64,000 bases of DNA, from the NCBI GenBank assembly GCA_044230075.1, contig JBGARS010000009.1, positions 21,458-85,457 on the forward strand, read 5' to 3'. The DNA is from Planctomycetota bacterium. GTDB lineage: Bacteria; Planctomycetota; UBA1135; UBA2386. The notes below the pieces were generated by a model. The model did not search any database and was not told where the DNA came from. It saw only the letters and a program-made list of their open reading frames with translations. Position 1 is the stretch's first letter; the number at the start of each line of letters is the position of its first letter. The translations under genes were made by a program, and so were the position numbers. This document shows, one piece after another, positions 1-11,200 of the stretch.

Positions 1-25
1 CGCGACGCCGACGAGTGGTCCGGCA

Positions 26-1108
26 TCATTTCTTCGGCGCACGCCCGCGCACCCGGTCGAGGAACGCCTTCTCGTCGGGCTTCAACCGCTTGCCGGGCAA
101 ACGCCACAGGCGCAGCCGCGCCACCTCTTCGAGCAGCGTCGCGATCCACTGCTCGCGCTCGCCGAGGATCTTCGGCAGGTTGCGGTGTTCACCCCACTTC
201 GCGTCGAGTTCGCCGGCGAGCGCACGCACCTCGCCGCGCAGCGCCAGCAGCAGGTCGAGCAGCACCGCGTCGCCACCGGCCGAACGGCGCGCCGCCAGCT
301 TCGGCAGCAGCTCGCGCACCTGCTCGGGCGATGCCGACTGGAACCACGGCGACCGCACCAGTTCGGCGGCGAAGCGATCGCCGAAGTGCCGCGCCAGCAC
401 CAGCAGGCGGTTGCGTTCGCCGAGTTCGTCCTTCCACGTCGTCGCCTTCCGGATCGAGCCGTGACCGATGTGCTCGCACACGGCCGCCGGCACGTACAAC
501 GAACGCCAACCGGCCGCGCGCAGGCGCAGCGCGAGGTCGACGTCCTCGTAGTACATGTGGAAGTCCTCGTCCTGGCCGCTCACCGCGCGCCACGCCGCCA
601 CGCGGTAGAGCGCGCAGCAGCCGGACACGCCGAGCACGTCCTGCGGCGCGCCGCCCGGGCCGGGATCCGCGGCGCCCTGGTCGCGATCGACCCAGTAGAG
701 GTCGTCGCGCTGCGTGATGCCGGTCGTGCAGATGCGGCCGTCGGGGTAGACGATCTTCGGTGCTGCGGCGCCGGCCTTGGCATCGGCGTCGAGTGCCGCG
801 ACCAGTTCGCGCAGGCAGCCGGGCCGCAGCGTCGCGTCGGTGTTCAGCAGCAGCGCGTAGTCGCCGCCGGCGCGCTCGACACCGAGGTTGTTGGCGGCGG
901 TGTAGTCGTTGCGCTCGTGCTGCACGAACTCGACCGCGGGGAACTCGCGCCGCACGAACTCCTGCGAACCATCGCTCGAGCCGTTGTCGATCAGGATCGT
1001 ACGCAGGGATGCCTCGCCGGCAGAGGCGGCGACGGCGCGCAGGCAGTCGCCGAGGAACTCGCGCCCGTTCCAGTTGACGACGACGACAGTCACCCGCGGG
1101 GCGGTCAT
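26..1108 (-). CDS. Glycosyltransferase family 2 (GT2, WbbL/RfbF-like)
   Basis: VTVVVVNWNG start, IDNGSSDGS, LLLNTDA (DxD-like), GCCALYR, FHMYYEDVDLALR motifs; ATG at 1108 chosen over upstream starts. Confidence 0.9.
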   Translation of the reverse strand: MTAPRVTVVVVNWNGREFLGDCLRAVAASAGEASLRTILIDNGSSDGSQEFVRREFPAVEFVQHERNDYTAANNLGVERAGGDYALLLNTDATLRPGCLRELVAALDADAKAGAAAPKIVYPDGRICTTGITQRDDLYWVDRDQGAADPGPGGAPQDVLGVSGCCALYRVAAWRAVSGQDEDFHMYYEDVDLALRLRAAGWRSLYVPAAVCEHIGHGSIRKATTWKDELGERNRLLVLARHFGDRFAAELVRSPWFQSASPEQVRELLPKLAARRSAGGDAVLLDLLLALRGEVRALAGELDAKWGEHRNLPKILGEREQWIATLLEEVARLRLWRLPGKRLKPDEKAFLDRVRGRAPKK

Positions 1109-1239
1109 CTCGCTCTGGCTCCGGGTGCGAAGGCTGGATCGGGCATGATCGCGGGCGGGCGTCATTCCTACGCGCCATCGCACACGACCGCCAGGACAAG
1201 TTGCGGCGCTGCGCCAGCCCCCTATCGTGCCGCCCCCCC

Positions 1240-2121
1240 ATGACGGCCTCCTTCGGCGCGCGCTTCGCCCCGCACCTATTGCTCACCGCGATGATCGCGA
1301 TCTGGGGTGGCAGCTACGCGGCCGTGAAGGTCGCGCTCGGGTCGCTGCCGCCGTTCACGGTGATCGCCCTGCGGTTCTGGCTCGCGGTGCTGTGCCTGCT
1401 GCCGTTCCTGGGCCGCGGCATCGGCGGCGAACTGCGCGCGACGCTACGGCCGGGGCTGCTCGCGGGCGCGGCGCTGACCATCGGCTACCTGTTGCAGACC
1501 GTCGGCATGAACGAGACCTCGGCGTCGATGGGCGGTTTCCTGGCCGGCCTGATCGTGCTGCTGGTCGGCCTCGGCGGGTTGCTGTTCTTCCACAGCCGCT
1601 TCGGCTGGCTGTCGGTCGCGGGATTGCTGCTCGGCGTGGGCGGTCTGTTGCTGCTGTGCTGGCCCAGAGCCGGCGGCACCCAGACGGACACCCTGCGCGG
1701 CATCCTGCTGCAGATCGGCTCGATGATCGCCTATGCGATGCACATCCTGCTGCTGTCGCGCTTCGGCCGCGGCGCGCCGACGCTGGCCTTCTGCCTGTGG
1801 CAACTGCTGCTGGTGTCCCTGACGAGCACCGTCGCGGCGCTGTTCGCCGGCGACCGGCTCGGCTCGGTCCAGTGGCACGGCACGTTGCTGTTCGCGGTCG
1901 CCTACCTCGGCGTGCTCGCGACCGCGCTTGGCATCGGCGTACAGGCCAGGGTGCAGCATCGAATCCCGCCGGTGCACGTAGCGCTGCTGTTCGCGCTGCA
2001 GCCGCTGTTCGCGGCCCTCGTGGCGTGGGCGACGATCGGCGACCGCATGGGCGCAATGCAGCTCGCCGGTGGGATCACGATCGTCGGCGCCGTGCTGCTG
2101 ACCAGCCTCGATCGTCAGTGA
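1240..2121 (+). CDS. DMT/EamA family transporter
   Basis: About 10 hydrophobic helices, IWGGSY..K, ALRF, LQTVGM..TSAS, QPLFAAL..W...GD; TATCGT box upstream of ATG 1240. Confidence 0.9.
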   Translation: MTASFGARFAPHLLLTAMIAIWGGSYAAVKVALGSLPPFTVIALRFWLAVLCLLPFLGRGIGGELRATLRPGLLAGAALTIGYLLQTVGMNETSASMGGFLAGLIVLLVGLGGLLFFHSRFGWLSVAGLLLGVGGLLLLCWPRAGGTQTDTLRGILLQIGSMIAYAMHILLLSRFGRGAPTLAFCLWQLLLVSLTSTVAALFAGDRLGSVQWHGTLLFAVAYLGVLATALGIGVQARVQHRIPPVHVALLFALQPLFAALVAWATIGDRMGAMQLAGGITIVGAVLLTSLDRQ

Positions 2122-3101
2122 TCGGCGGTGATGGCGGCGACGGCGGCCTTGGCGGCCGCGGCCAACGCCTCGTCCTTGGCGGTCGCCAGCCGGCGCAGCA
2201 CGGGCAGGGCCGGCTCGTGGTGCAGCTTGCCGAGCAACTCACAGGCATGGCACCGCTCCCGCCCGGCGATGCGATCGCACATCGCCCGCGTCTCGGCATC
2301 GGCACCGCGGTTGGCGATCTGCACCGGGGCGCGGTCGCGCTTCGCCATCGCCAGTACGATCGCCACACCGGCTGCATCACCGCGCTCGGCCAACGCCACC
2401 GCCGCCGATTCGCGCACGTGGTGGTCGCTGTCGCCGAGAAAGCGCGCCAGCACCGGCAACGCCGCGTCGGAACCGAGCTGGGCGCCGAGCCACGCCACCT
2501 GGAAGCGCGCGTCGGCGTCCTTGGTCGCCAGGCCCTGGTCGAGCAACGCCAGCGCTTCCGCCGCCTCGAGCGCACCCACACTCGCACCGTTCCACATCGC
2601 CACGACCACTGCGAGCATGCGCCCCGTATGGTCCTCGACCGCCACTTCGAGCGCTGCCTTCACCGCCTCGGGCACCGAGGTCACGGCGAGCACCCGCGCC
2701 GCCTGCGTGCGCCTCCCCGCACTGCCCTGCGTCAGTTCCCGCCGCAGCGCCTCGACGAACGCGCGGCTGCACCTCTCGGTCGCGCGCATCAGCTCGGGGA
2801 ACGGCACCTCCTGCGCCTTCTGCACGCTTGCCAGCAGCGCACTCTCGGCCGGGTCCATGTCGCCGTCGCGCAGGTCGGCATGGAACCGGCGCAGAGTGCC
2901 GTCGGCCCGTCGTTCGCATTCGACCTGGCGCACCGACAGCTGCCGCATGGCACCGTCGACACCACGTACCTGCACGCGGTTGTCCTTCACCTGCGCGACG
3001 GTGCCCGCGATGGTCTCGCCGCCGTCGAGCACGACCTCCTGGGCCCGCGCGGCACCGAGGCAGAACAGGACGCCGCAGACGAACACACGAGCGGTCTTCA
3101 T
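2115..3101 (-). CDS. Exported HEAT/PBS-repeat protein
   Basis: Signal peptide MKTARVFVCGVLFCLGAARAQ; repeats such as DADARFQVAWLGAQLG, DHHVRESAAVALAERG; ATGA overlap with upstream gene. Confidence 0.75.
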   Translation of the reverse strand: MKTARVFVCGVLFCLGAARAQEVVLDGGETIAGTVAQVKDNRVQVRGVDGAMRQLSVRQVECERRADGTLRRFHADLRDGDMDPAESALLASVQKAQEVPFPELMRATERCSRAFVEALRRELTQGSAGRRTQAARVLAVTSVPEAVKAALEVAVEDHTGRMLAVVVAMWNGASVGALEAAEALALLDQGLATKDADARFQVAWLGAQLGSDAALPVLARFLGDSDHHVRESAAVALAERGDAAGVAIVLAMAKRDRAPVQIANRGADAETRAMCDRIAGRERCHACELLGKLHHEPALPVLRRLATAKDEALAAAAKAAVAAITADH

Positions 3102-5203
3102 TCGTTCTCCTTCACGGTCACGTCCTTCAACACGATCGTCTCGGTGCCGAAGTCGCGACCGAAGATGTCTTCGAGCACGATCTTCGCGGGCAGCAGGTGC
3201 TCGCCGACCGCGGCCCATGTCACGGTGACGCTCTCGGTGAAGTCACGGACGCCGTGCGCGCCAGGGTGCTCGCGTTCGAAGCGCTGTGTCACCTTCTGCC
3301 CGGCGACGGTCTGCCAGGTGATCCGCGTACGGCTGCCGTCCTGGTCGTGGAAACCGCGCACCAGGCCGTCCTGGGTCTCCACCACCTCGACCGGACCACC
3401 GTCGACACGGAAGCTGCCGTCCAGGGCCTTGCCACCGATCGCAGCGCCGCCGAAGAACTCGTCGAACGGCAGGCGGTCGTCGAAGTCGCGCAGGTACCAC
3501 ATCAGCAGCCGGTCACGGAACAGGAAGCCGAGGTCGCTCTCGACCTCCGGCGACGCCGCCTTGTCGAACGTGAGCTGCAGCCGCCGCAGGTGACGGCCGA
3601 TGCCGGTCATCACCAACCTGCCGGTGACCCGCTTCTGGCCGCGCCACAGCTGGTCGGCGCCCGGCTGCGTGATCACGAACGTGGCCGCGATCTCGAGCGG
3701 CGCCGCCGGCAGCCGGTAGCCGGTGTCCCAGATCGCGCGCAGCTCGGCGACACCGTCGCCGGTCGGTCGCGGCGGTTCGATGCGCGCGACGTCGCCGAAG
3801 GTGGTGTCGAACAGCTCCAGCCGTTCGCTGCTGAACGGCTGGTCGCCGAACGTGGTCGTGCTCGACCAACTCGTCGGCGTCAGCTGCCGTTCGCAGTCGC
3901 CGTATGCCAGCGTCGTTGCCACCGTCGACGATTGCGTGCGCGTCACCAGGTAGCCACGCTCCGTCTCTTGCGTCGTCCATTCGGTGCGCGAGTCGTCGTA
4001 GCCGGTGCCGACGACGCGGCCATCGGCGATCTGCACGTCCGGATGCAGCACCGCCGACGACGCGCCGTCGGTCGCCATCTGGCCGCTGCCCCCTGTGCGC
4101 ACGACACCCCAACCCGGGCCACACAGTTCGATCCGGTCACCGGCGACCTGCTCCAGTCGGTTGCGCGAGGCCAACGTCGCGTAGTCCGGCCGGGACACGA
4201 ACTCGAAGGCCTGCGCGATCGCCGACTCGACGCCGCTGGTGTTGCCGGACTCGAACGCGACGATCGTGTCGCTCCCGCGCGTCAGCGTGTAGCGGCCCGT
4301 CGCTGCGAAGACGTCGTAGTGTCCGACGTCGTTGACGCGCTGGCGCCGGGCATGGTGCACGAACCTGCCGCTGACCGAGGTGACGCGGTCCGGCCAGCGG
4401 TACCACGCCTCGTAGGCGGGTCGCAGCAGCGCTTCGACGACCTGCGCATCGCTCGGTGCGACCAGGCTCCAGTCGACCACCTCGAAGGCCACCGCGCGCA
4501 GTTGGCACGCGACGGCGCTCTCGTCGACGTAGGGCCGTGCACCGGGCAGCGACGGCAGCGTCCAGGTGCGTCGCTGGCCAGCGGCGAGCCGCAGGCCCAT
4601 CAATTCCACGCTGTCGTACGGCTGCGCCAGCGTGACGCGCAGCAGCACGTCGAGGTCGCGATCGAACGGGTTGCCCAGCTCGACCTGGGTGACGTTGAAG
4701 GTGCCCGCCAGCGACGCCCGCTGCACCATCGCCGGGGCGCCGATCGCGAGATCGGGCACCGGCACGGCGCCGCCGTCGTACCAGCACGCCGACAGCACGC
4801 GCACGCCCCTGGCGCCGCGAACGATCGGCAGCTGCGTCGGCACCACGTAGCTCTGCTTGCCACCCGCCGCGACAGGGTGACCGAAGCGGCGCGCACGCGG
4901 CAGCTGCACGCGGCGGAAGGTCTCTCGGCGCTTGCCACCATCCGCCTTCCGGTCGACGACCTCGAGCTGGAACTCGAGCGGCTCGGCCGCCAGGGTGCCC
5001 TTGTTCTGCACCTCGACGGTCACCAGCGTGGTGCCGCGCTTCTCGCTGGCGGCGACGACCCGACAGCTCAGCTGCTCCACGTCGCCTGCGCCGAAGGTGG
5101 GCACCGCAACGGCCGCCTGGCCGACGATGGTGCCGACGAAGCAGGCCGCACCGAGCACGCAACGCAACGCATTCACGGCGGCAGTAGCCATCGTCGCGGT
5201 CAC
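3098..5203 (-). CDS. Large exported hypothetical protein; two possible DUF3386-like beta-rich halves
   Basis: 701-aa ORF with signal peptide and host codon bias, GTGA/ATGA-coupled to both neighbours; LLRPAYEAWYRWP and LRAIWDTGYRLP open two similar segments; alternative ATG at 5191. Confidence 0.65.
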   Translation of the reverse strand: MTATMATAAVNALRCVLGAACFVGTIVGQAAVAVPTFGAGDVEQLSCRVVAASEKRGTTLVTVEVQNKGTLAAEPLEFQLEVVDRKADGGKRRETFRRVQLPRARRFGHPVAAGGKQSYVVPTQLPIVRGARGVRVLSACWYDGGAVPVPDLAIGAPAMVQRASLAGTFNVTQVELGNPFDRDLDVLLRVTLAQPYDSVELMGLRLAAGQRRTWTLPSLPGARPYVDESAVACQLRAVAFEVVDWSLVAPSDAQVVEALLRPAYEAWYRWPDRVTSVSGRFVHHARRQRVNDVGHYDVFAATGRYTLTRGSDTIVAFESGNTSGVESAIAQAFEFVSRPDYATLASRNRLEQVAGDRIELCGPGWGVVRTGGSGQMATDGASSAVLHPDVQIADGRVVGTGYDDSRTEWTTQETERGYLVTRTQSSTVATTLAYGDCERQLTPTSWSSTTTFGDQPFSSERLELFDTTFGDVARIEPPRPTGDGVAELRAIWDTGYRLPAAPLEIAATFVITQPGADQLWRGQKRVTGRLVMTGIGRHLRRLQLTFDKAASPEVESDLGFLFRDRLLMWYLRDFDDRLPFDEFFGGAAIGGKALDGSFRVDGGPVEVVETQDGLVRGFHDQDGSRTRITWQTVAGQKVTQRFEREHPGAHGVRDFTESVTVTWAAVGEHLLPAKIVLEDIFGRDFGTETIVLKDVTVKENE

Positions 5204-8145
5204 GGCAACGCAACCTGGATCGCGGCGCCGGCGCCGACGTCGACCTGGCGTGGTTCGCCGAGCGTGCGCACCCGCGCCCGACCGCCACCGAACCGCCGGA
5301 GTTCGAGCGTGAGGCGATAGCGGCCCGGTGGCAGCTGCAGCACGAGCGCGGGCGCCGCCGGGTCGAATTCCCGGGGCAGATAGCGTCTGTCGACGTCGCC
5401 CGCCGGCTCGACCGGCGTGACGACGACGCAGATCCGTTCGCTGGCATCGGCACGCAGCTCGGGCGCGCAGGCGATCGACACCGTGCCCAGGTTCGGCAGC
5501 CGCACTTCGACGTCGGTGGCGACGGCATCGATCGACTGCGACAGCTCACGGCCACCGAGACGAACGACCAGCCGGCCGGACACCGCCGGCACGCGTTCGA
5601 ACAGAAGGTCGCCGTCGACGTCGGCGCGACCGAGGCACGTCGGCGCATCGTCGAACACGAGCAAGGCATCGACCCCCTGCACCGGCGCGCCGCCTTGTTG
5701 CCGCAGCCGGGCGTGCACGGTGCGGCCGTGCACCAGTGCGACGTCGATCTCCATGCCGGCGCGCAGCTCGACGCCGTTGCGCAGCCAGGTCACGAACGCG
5801 GGATGGCTGGCCTCGAGACGAACACCCGCGAGTGGCGTGCGCAGCGGTCCCAGCCGGAAGCGCCCGTCGGCATCGCTGCGCGCGCTCAGCGCCTGGTCGC
5901 CGTGCTCGGCATGGACGTGCACGCGCGGCACCGCGCGCCCCTGCTCGTCGCACACGCGTCCCGCGCAGTGGAACGTGCGCGCGGCGACGACGATCGTCAC
6001 CTGATCGCAGCGCCCGATCGGCGGCACGACGACCTCGGTGCGACCTGCCTCCTGGTCGAGTTCGTCGACGACGACCAGACGCAGCAGCACGCCGGGAAAC
6101 AGATCCGCGAACTGCCAGCGACCCTGCGCATCGAGCGGAAACTCCCGGGCGAACGGACCTGCTGTGGGCGTCGCCTGGCCCGGCGCGGCGAACGGCATGC
6201 AGTCGGCCTCGAGTCGCACGCGCAGGCCCGTCGCCGGCTCGCCGCCTGGATCGACCACCTGCACGTCGACGCCGTTGCCACGAGCCAGCTGCACGACGAC
6301 CTCGCCGTCGTCCGGCAGCGGCACCATGGTCAGGCGATGGCCGTGTGCGACCACCGAGGCCTCGGCCACCCGTGGCGGCACCCCGAACAATGCGGCTCGC
6401 CCCTGCGCGTCGGTCGTGACGGCGACGAAGAAGCCGTCGGTGGTCACGATCCGCGCCTCGGCGCCGGCCAGCGGTGCGCCGTCGGCGCCGCGCACGACGA
6501 TGGTGAGCGAGCGCCCGACTCCGAGGTCGCCGACGTCCACGCAGTGGTCCGTCGCGGTGGCCTCGATGCGCTGCTGCAGCAGGTTGTCGCCGGTCGCCGA
6601 GCCGACCAGCAGTTCGCCGCGCCACGCACCGCCACGGGCTGGCCGCGGCACGCCGATGCGGAAACGCCCGTCGGCGCCGCTGTCCACGCTGCGCAGCGTT
6701 GCCGCCGTGCCGGGCTGCGTCGCGACGACGCTGACGGTCAGTCCCGCGGCAGGGGCGCCGCCGGCGAGCAGGCGCCCAGAGACCACGAACGGCGCCGTCA
6801 GTTCGATCAGCAGGCCCTGCACCGGCTGCAACAGCAGCAAGGTGTTCGCGTCGTCGAGGCAGCCGCGACCGCTCGGCTCGCGCAAGGTCCAGGCGCCGTC
6901 GGTGGCGAGCGCACCGGTCCAGTCGGCCGCCAGGCCGGCGAAACGGAACGCGCCGTCGGCGGCCGGCTCGAGCCGCAGCAGATGGTCGCGGATGCCGAGC
7001 CGGTCGAGCTGCCCCAGCAAGCGTTCGTCGAGGCCGTTCGACCAGTCGCCGCGGCGATCGTGCTCGAGGCACAAGACGATCGGCTCGTGAGGACCGGGCG
7101 GCAGCTGCACCCGGCCGTCGACGACCCTGCCGGAAGGGAACACCAGGCGCTGCACGGCGACCGTCGCATCACGCCGCCTGCGCACCGGCACCGCGCCGGG
7201 TTCCGCGAGCAACAGCTCGTCCGCCGAACGCGCCCGCAGTTCGACGCGCCCGGCAGCGTCCGTGCGCGCATGCTGCACCAGCGCGCCGCCGGCCAGCGCG
7301 AACACGTGCAGCTGCGGCACAGGCGCGCCCGCCAGGTCCACCACCTCGACCATCTCGACGTCGCCCGACACGACGTGGCGGGCCGCCGGTGCCCCGGTTG
7401 CCGCCTGGTCGACGCCGACGCCCACCGGTGGCGGCGACTCGACGCGCGCCACCTCGGGCGGCTCCGTGGCGCGACCGGGCCACCACTGCCACGACAGGAA
7501 CGTCGCCGCGATGACGGCGATCGACGTCAGCATCAACTTGCCATTCATGAGCCAGAGCGAGGCACCGACGCCGGCCGAAGCAGCGGGCGCGGGCGTGAGT
7601 CCGAATTGCGAGCGCCAGACGAGGCCCCAGGCCGCGAAACCCCCGGCGTGCGCGCCATCGAGCCGTTCGCGCAACAGCTGCAGCGCGCGGGACAGCCGCT
7701 TGCGGGCGGTGACCGGCGACACCTCCTGGCGCGCGGCGACTTCGGCCGTCGACAGGCCATCCAGGTAGCGCAGCAGGATCGCCGAGCGGTACGGCTCGTC
7801 GAGCTCCATCACCACGGCCGTCAGTTCGCGGCACAGGGCGCCACGCTCGACGACGTCGGCGGCGCTGGTGGTCTCGGCGACCGCCGCCACCGCGGACTCG
7901 CGCCCGCGGCGCCGCCGGTCCGAACGCCGCAGACGCTGCACGCCGTGGTGCACGACCGTGGCCAGCCAGGCGCGCATGCCGCCGTCGAGGTGGACCGGCG
8001 GCCGGGTGCGCGCCGCGAGCCACGCGTCGTGCGCGACGTCGTCCGCAAGCTCCTGGTCGCCGAGCAGCCGCCGCGCGAGGTCCTTGACCCACGCGAGGTC
8101 GCGCAGGACCAGGGCATCGGCCGCTTCACCACGTTCGCTCACCAT
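5200..8145 (-). CDS. ECF sigma-70 factor fused to a TM helix and carboxypeptidase-regulatory-like repeats
   Basis: Region 2 (LADDVAHDAWLAA..RAWLATVV) and region 4 (LDEPYRSAILLRYLDGLSTAEVA...RKRLSRALQLLR), TM LMLTSIAVIAATFLSWQWW, then repeated G.V.D..G.P / TDA.GRF motifs. Confidence 0.85.
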   Translation of the reverse strand: MVSERGEAADALVLRDLAWVKDLARRLLGDQELADDVAHDAWLAARTRPPVHLDGGMRAWLATVVHHGVQRLRRSDRRRRGRESAVAAVAETTSAADVVERGALCRELTAVVMELDEPYRSAILLRYLDGLSTAEVAARQEVSPVTARKRLSRALQLLRERLDGAHAGGFAAWGLVWRSQFGLTPAPAASAGVGASLWLMNGKLMLTSIAVIAATFLSWQWWPGRATEPPEVARVESPPPVGVGVDQAATGAPAARHVVSGDVEMVEVVDLAGAPVPQLHVFALAGGALVQHARTDAAGRVELRARSADELLLAEPGAVPVRRRRDATVAVQRLVFPSGRVVDGRVQLPPGPHEPIVLCLEHDRRGDWSNGLDERLLGQLDRLGIRDHLLRLEPAADGAFRFAGLAADWTGALATDGAWTLREPSGRGCLDDANTLLLLQPVQGLLIELTAPFVVSGRLLAGGAPAAGLTVSVVATQPGTAATLRSVDSGADGRFRIGVPRPARGGAWRGELLVGSATGDNLLQQRIEATATDHCVDVGDLGVGRSLTIVVRGADGAPLAGAEARIVTTDGFFVAVTTDAQGRAALFGVPPRVAEASVVAHGHRLTMVPLPDDGEVVVQLARGNGVDVQVVDPGGEPATGLRVRLEADCMPFAAPGQATPTAGPFAREFPLDAQGRWQFADLFPGVLLRLVVVDELDQEAGRTEVVVPPIGRCDQVTIVVAARTFHCAGRVCDEQGRAVPRVHVHAEHGDQALSARSDADGRFRLGPLRTPLAGVRLEASHPAFVTWLRNGVELRAGMEIDVALVHGRTVHARLRQQGGAPVQGVDALLVFDDAPTCLGRADVDGDLLFERVPAVSGRLVVRLGGRELSQSIDAVATDVEVRLPNLGTVSIACAPELRADASERICVVVTPVEPAGDVDRRYLPREFDPAAPALVLQLPPGRYRLTLELRRFGGGRARVRTLGEPRQVDVGAGAAIQVALP

Positions 8146-8235
8146 GTGCACAGGGTACAAGCCCACGCCCCGCCCGGGTGTGACCGGAACGACGCGACTT
8201 TCTCAGGCATCCCGCCAGCATGGCTCCAGGGCGCA

Positions 8236-11200
8236 TCACGGCAGCGCCGCCCCCAGCTGCGGGTCCTCGCCGTCGGCGGCGTAGTCGCCGATCTGGAACA
8301 CGAGGTCGCGGTAGTTGCGCACGTCGAGCACCGCCAGCGACTGCACCGCGCGCAGCGCCAGCAGGTCGCGCTGCACCGCCGCGCCGTGCCGGTAGGCGTC
8401 GCGCAGGCAGGCGATCGCGGTCTCTGCAGGCGAAGCGCCGGCAGGCAGCGGTGCCCAGGCGGACAGCAGCCGGCGCACGCCGTGCAGATCGCGCGCGTAG
8501 GCGGAGCGCAGCACGCGGCGCACGTTCGGCGCCAAGTCGCGCCCGTGGCGCTCGAGCCAGCGATCGACCGGGTGCCGCACGAACAGGCCGCCGACGAACG
8601 CGAACACGTCGCGCCAGCGCGAGACCGCCTGGCCTGCCAGCAGCGCCGGCAGCACTTCGGCGCGCCACCGCTCGGCGCCGAGCAGCGTGCGCGCGGCGTC
8701 CTTGTCGGCGATCCACGCCGCGGTCACGGCGAGTTCGCCGGCATCGCGCGCGTCGTCGTCCGCCGCGCCGCCCAGCGCCGGCAGCCACGCCAGCGCCGCG
8801 TGCAGTTCGCCGGTCTGCTGCCGCACCGTGGCCGCCGCGTCGCGCAGTTCGGCGGCCTCCTGCTCGCGCAGGTGCAGGAAGTCGATGTCGCGCTCGACCT
8901 CCGGTGCGTCGGCGAACGGCTCGGCGCGCGACCAACCGGGCGGCGCTCCCGCGTAGACCGGATCGAGCTGCAACCGCATGTGGATCGCCTCCAGCAGCCC
9001 AGGCGCCTTCATGCGGTGGATCTTGCGCAGCGCCACCGCGAACGGCGCTGCGCCGACCTCGCGGCGCTGCATCGCCAGTTCGGGATCGAGCACCTCGCGC
9101 ACGATCTGCCGCACGCGCGCCACCAGCCAGCCGACCGAACGCACGAAGCGCCACAGCAGCAGCAGCGGCGCCAGCAGCACGCGGCCGTGCGACAGCCGGC
9201 GCCGGTAGAACCGCAGCGGGTTGAAGCTGCGCTCGTGCTGCGGCAGGTTGTGCACCGGCCGCGTGCCGAAGATCTCGCGCACCATCGTGCGGCGGTCGAT
9301 GCGCAGCACCTCGAGCACCTCGTCGCCGAACAGCTCGGCGATGTGGCGGTCGCGCTGCACATCGGTGCCGACGAAGTCGAGCGCGGTGAACTCGGTGGTC
9401 GGGAACAAGAGCGGCGCCTTCGCCCCGCGCTGGCCGAGCGTGCGCCCGCCGCGCGGATCGCGGCGCCGCTGCAGCCAGTCCTGCATCGACTCGCGCTGCG
9501 CCGGCGTCGCGCTGGCCAGCGCCGCCAGCGGGATGCAGAACTGGTTGTAGCCGGCGATGCGCTTCGCCGACTCGACGGCGACGCTCTCGGTGATGAAGCG
9601 GAACCACAAGTACGGGCCGCTGAGGATCGAGCCGTCGTCGAGCCGCAGCTTGCGCAACCGGCGCCGGTCGCGCTGGTCACAGCCGAGGAACGACTGCCGC
9701 AGGTTCTCCAGCGAGTGGTTCGCGAGCAGCTGCTCGGTGGTCTTGACGTCGCTGATGTGCAGCGGCGCGCCGTCGAGGAAGTGCAGGTAGAGCAGCACGA
9801 CCCGGTTGGCGGCGAGGCGGACCTGCATCGGCACGTGCTCGTCGTCGACCGGCACGCCGGTACGCGCGCTGCGGACCTGCGTGCGCAGCGTGGTCTCGGC
9901 GACCTCACGGTGCGGACCGTCACCGAACACGCGGCGCGCGAGGAAGGCGAGGTCCACCTGTTCGTAGCGCGGCTTGATGCGTTCGAGCTGCGAGATGAAG
10001 TGCGCCTCGCTGGTCAGCCGGTAGCTCTCCGAGGCCTGGCCGGCGAGTCGCTTCAGCCAGTGGCCGATGGCCAGGAACACGAGGCAGACGCCGCCGAGCA
10101 GCACCAGCGGCAGGCCGACGATCTTCGACAGGCAGTTGTCGACCCAGAACAGCCGCAGCACCGAGAACAGGCCGCCGAACAGCAGCAGACGCACGGCCGG
10201 GCGCTGGCTCGCCTTCACCATCGCGCTGGCGACCCGGTCGAGGATCTGCGGCCCGGTGACGATGCCGTGCAGGTCGGCGAAGAACAGCATGCGGCCGTGC
10301 CACGACTCGAGCCATTCGGCCGTGCGCCGGCCCAGCTGCACGATGCGCTCCGGTGGGCTCGCGGGCAGCGGATGCACCGCGAACCGGCGCACGATCGGCA
10401 GCCAGCGCACCGGCACCGCCGACAGCACGCGCAGCATGCGATCCAACGAGGCCACGTCGGTCGGCCGCAGCCAGCGGCCGATGTCCTGCGGCCGCAGCGA
10501 CCACAGGAACTCGATCGCGTGGTCGATCGGCACGTCGCGCTGCGAGGCCACCGCCGACCGCAGCGGCCCTTCGCAGGGACCGATCGTGCGCACGGTGGCG
10601 CCGAGGTCGCAGACCCGCTGCAGCATCGCGGCGCTGCGTGCGGCGGCCGGCAGCACGGCGGTCAGTTCGTGTTCGCGGCGCAGTGCGGCGAACAGCAGGT
10701 CGCGTTGGTCCTCTTCGAGCACCGGACGCTTGACGTCGGCGGCGGCCGGCACGAACACGAACTCGCGGTTGAGGATCTGGCCGAAGCGCGCCGCCAGGCC
10801 GTCGAGTCCGCGCACCAGGAACAGCAGCAGCCGCGCCGAACGCAGCAACGGCCGCAGCGCCTGCACGTAGCGCGCCGCCCAGGTGACGCGCAGCAGCCGC
10901 AGCGCACGCAGCACTACCGCATTCTCGGCCACACCCGGCACCACGACGCCAGGCAGCAGCCACAGCACGGACGGCACCGCCGGCAGCAGGTCGGTGACGG
11001 CGTTGCGCAGGAACCACGACACCCGCCGCGGGTGCAGCACCAGCTCGAAGGCGAAGTCGGCGATGAAGAACAGGCACGCGACGGCGTCGATCCACTGCAG
11101 CGCGTTGGCCTGCGGCGGCGACAGCTCGACGGTCGCCTCGATCAGCAGGATCAGCAGCACGACCAGCAGCAGCACGAAGTTCGTGGTCTCGATCGCGGTC

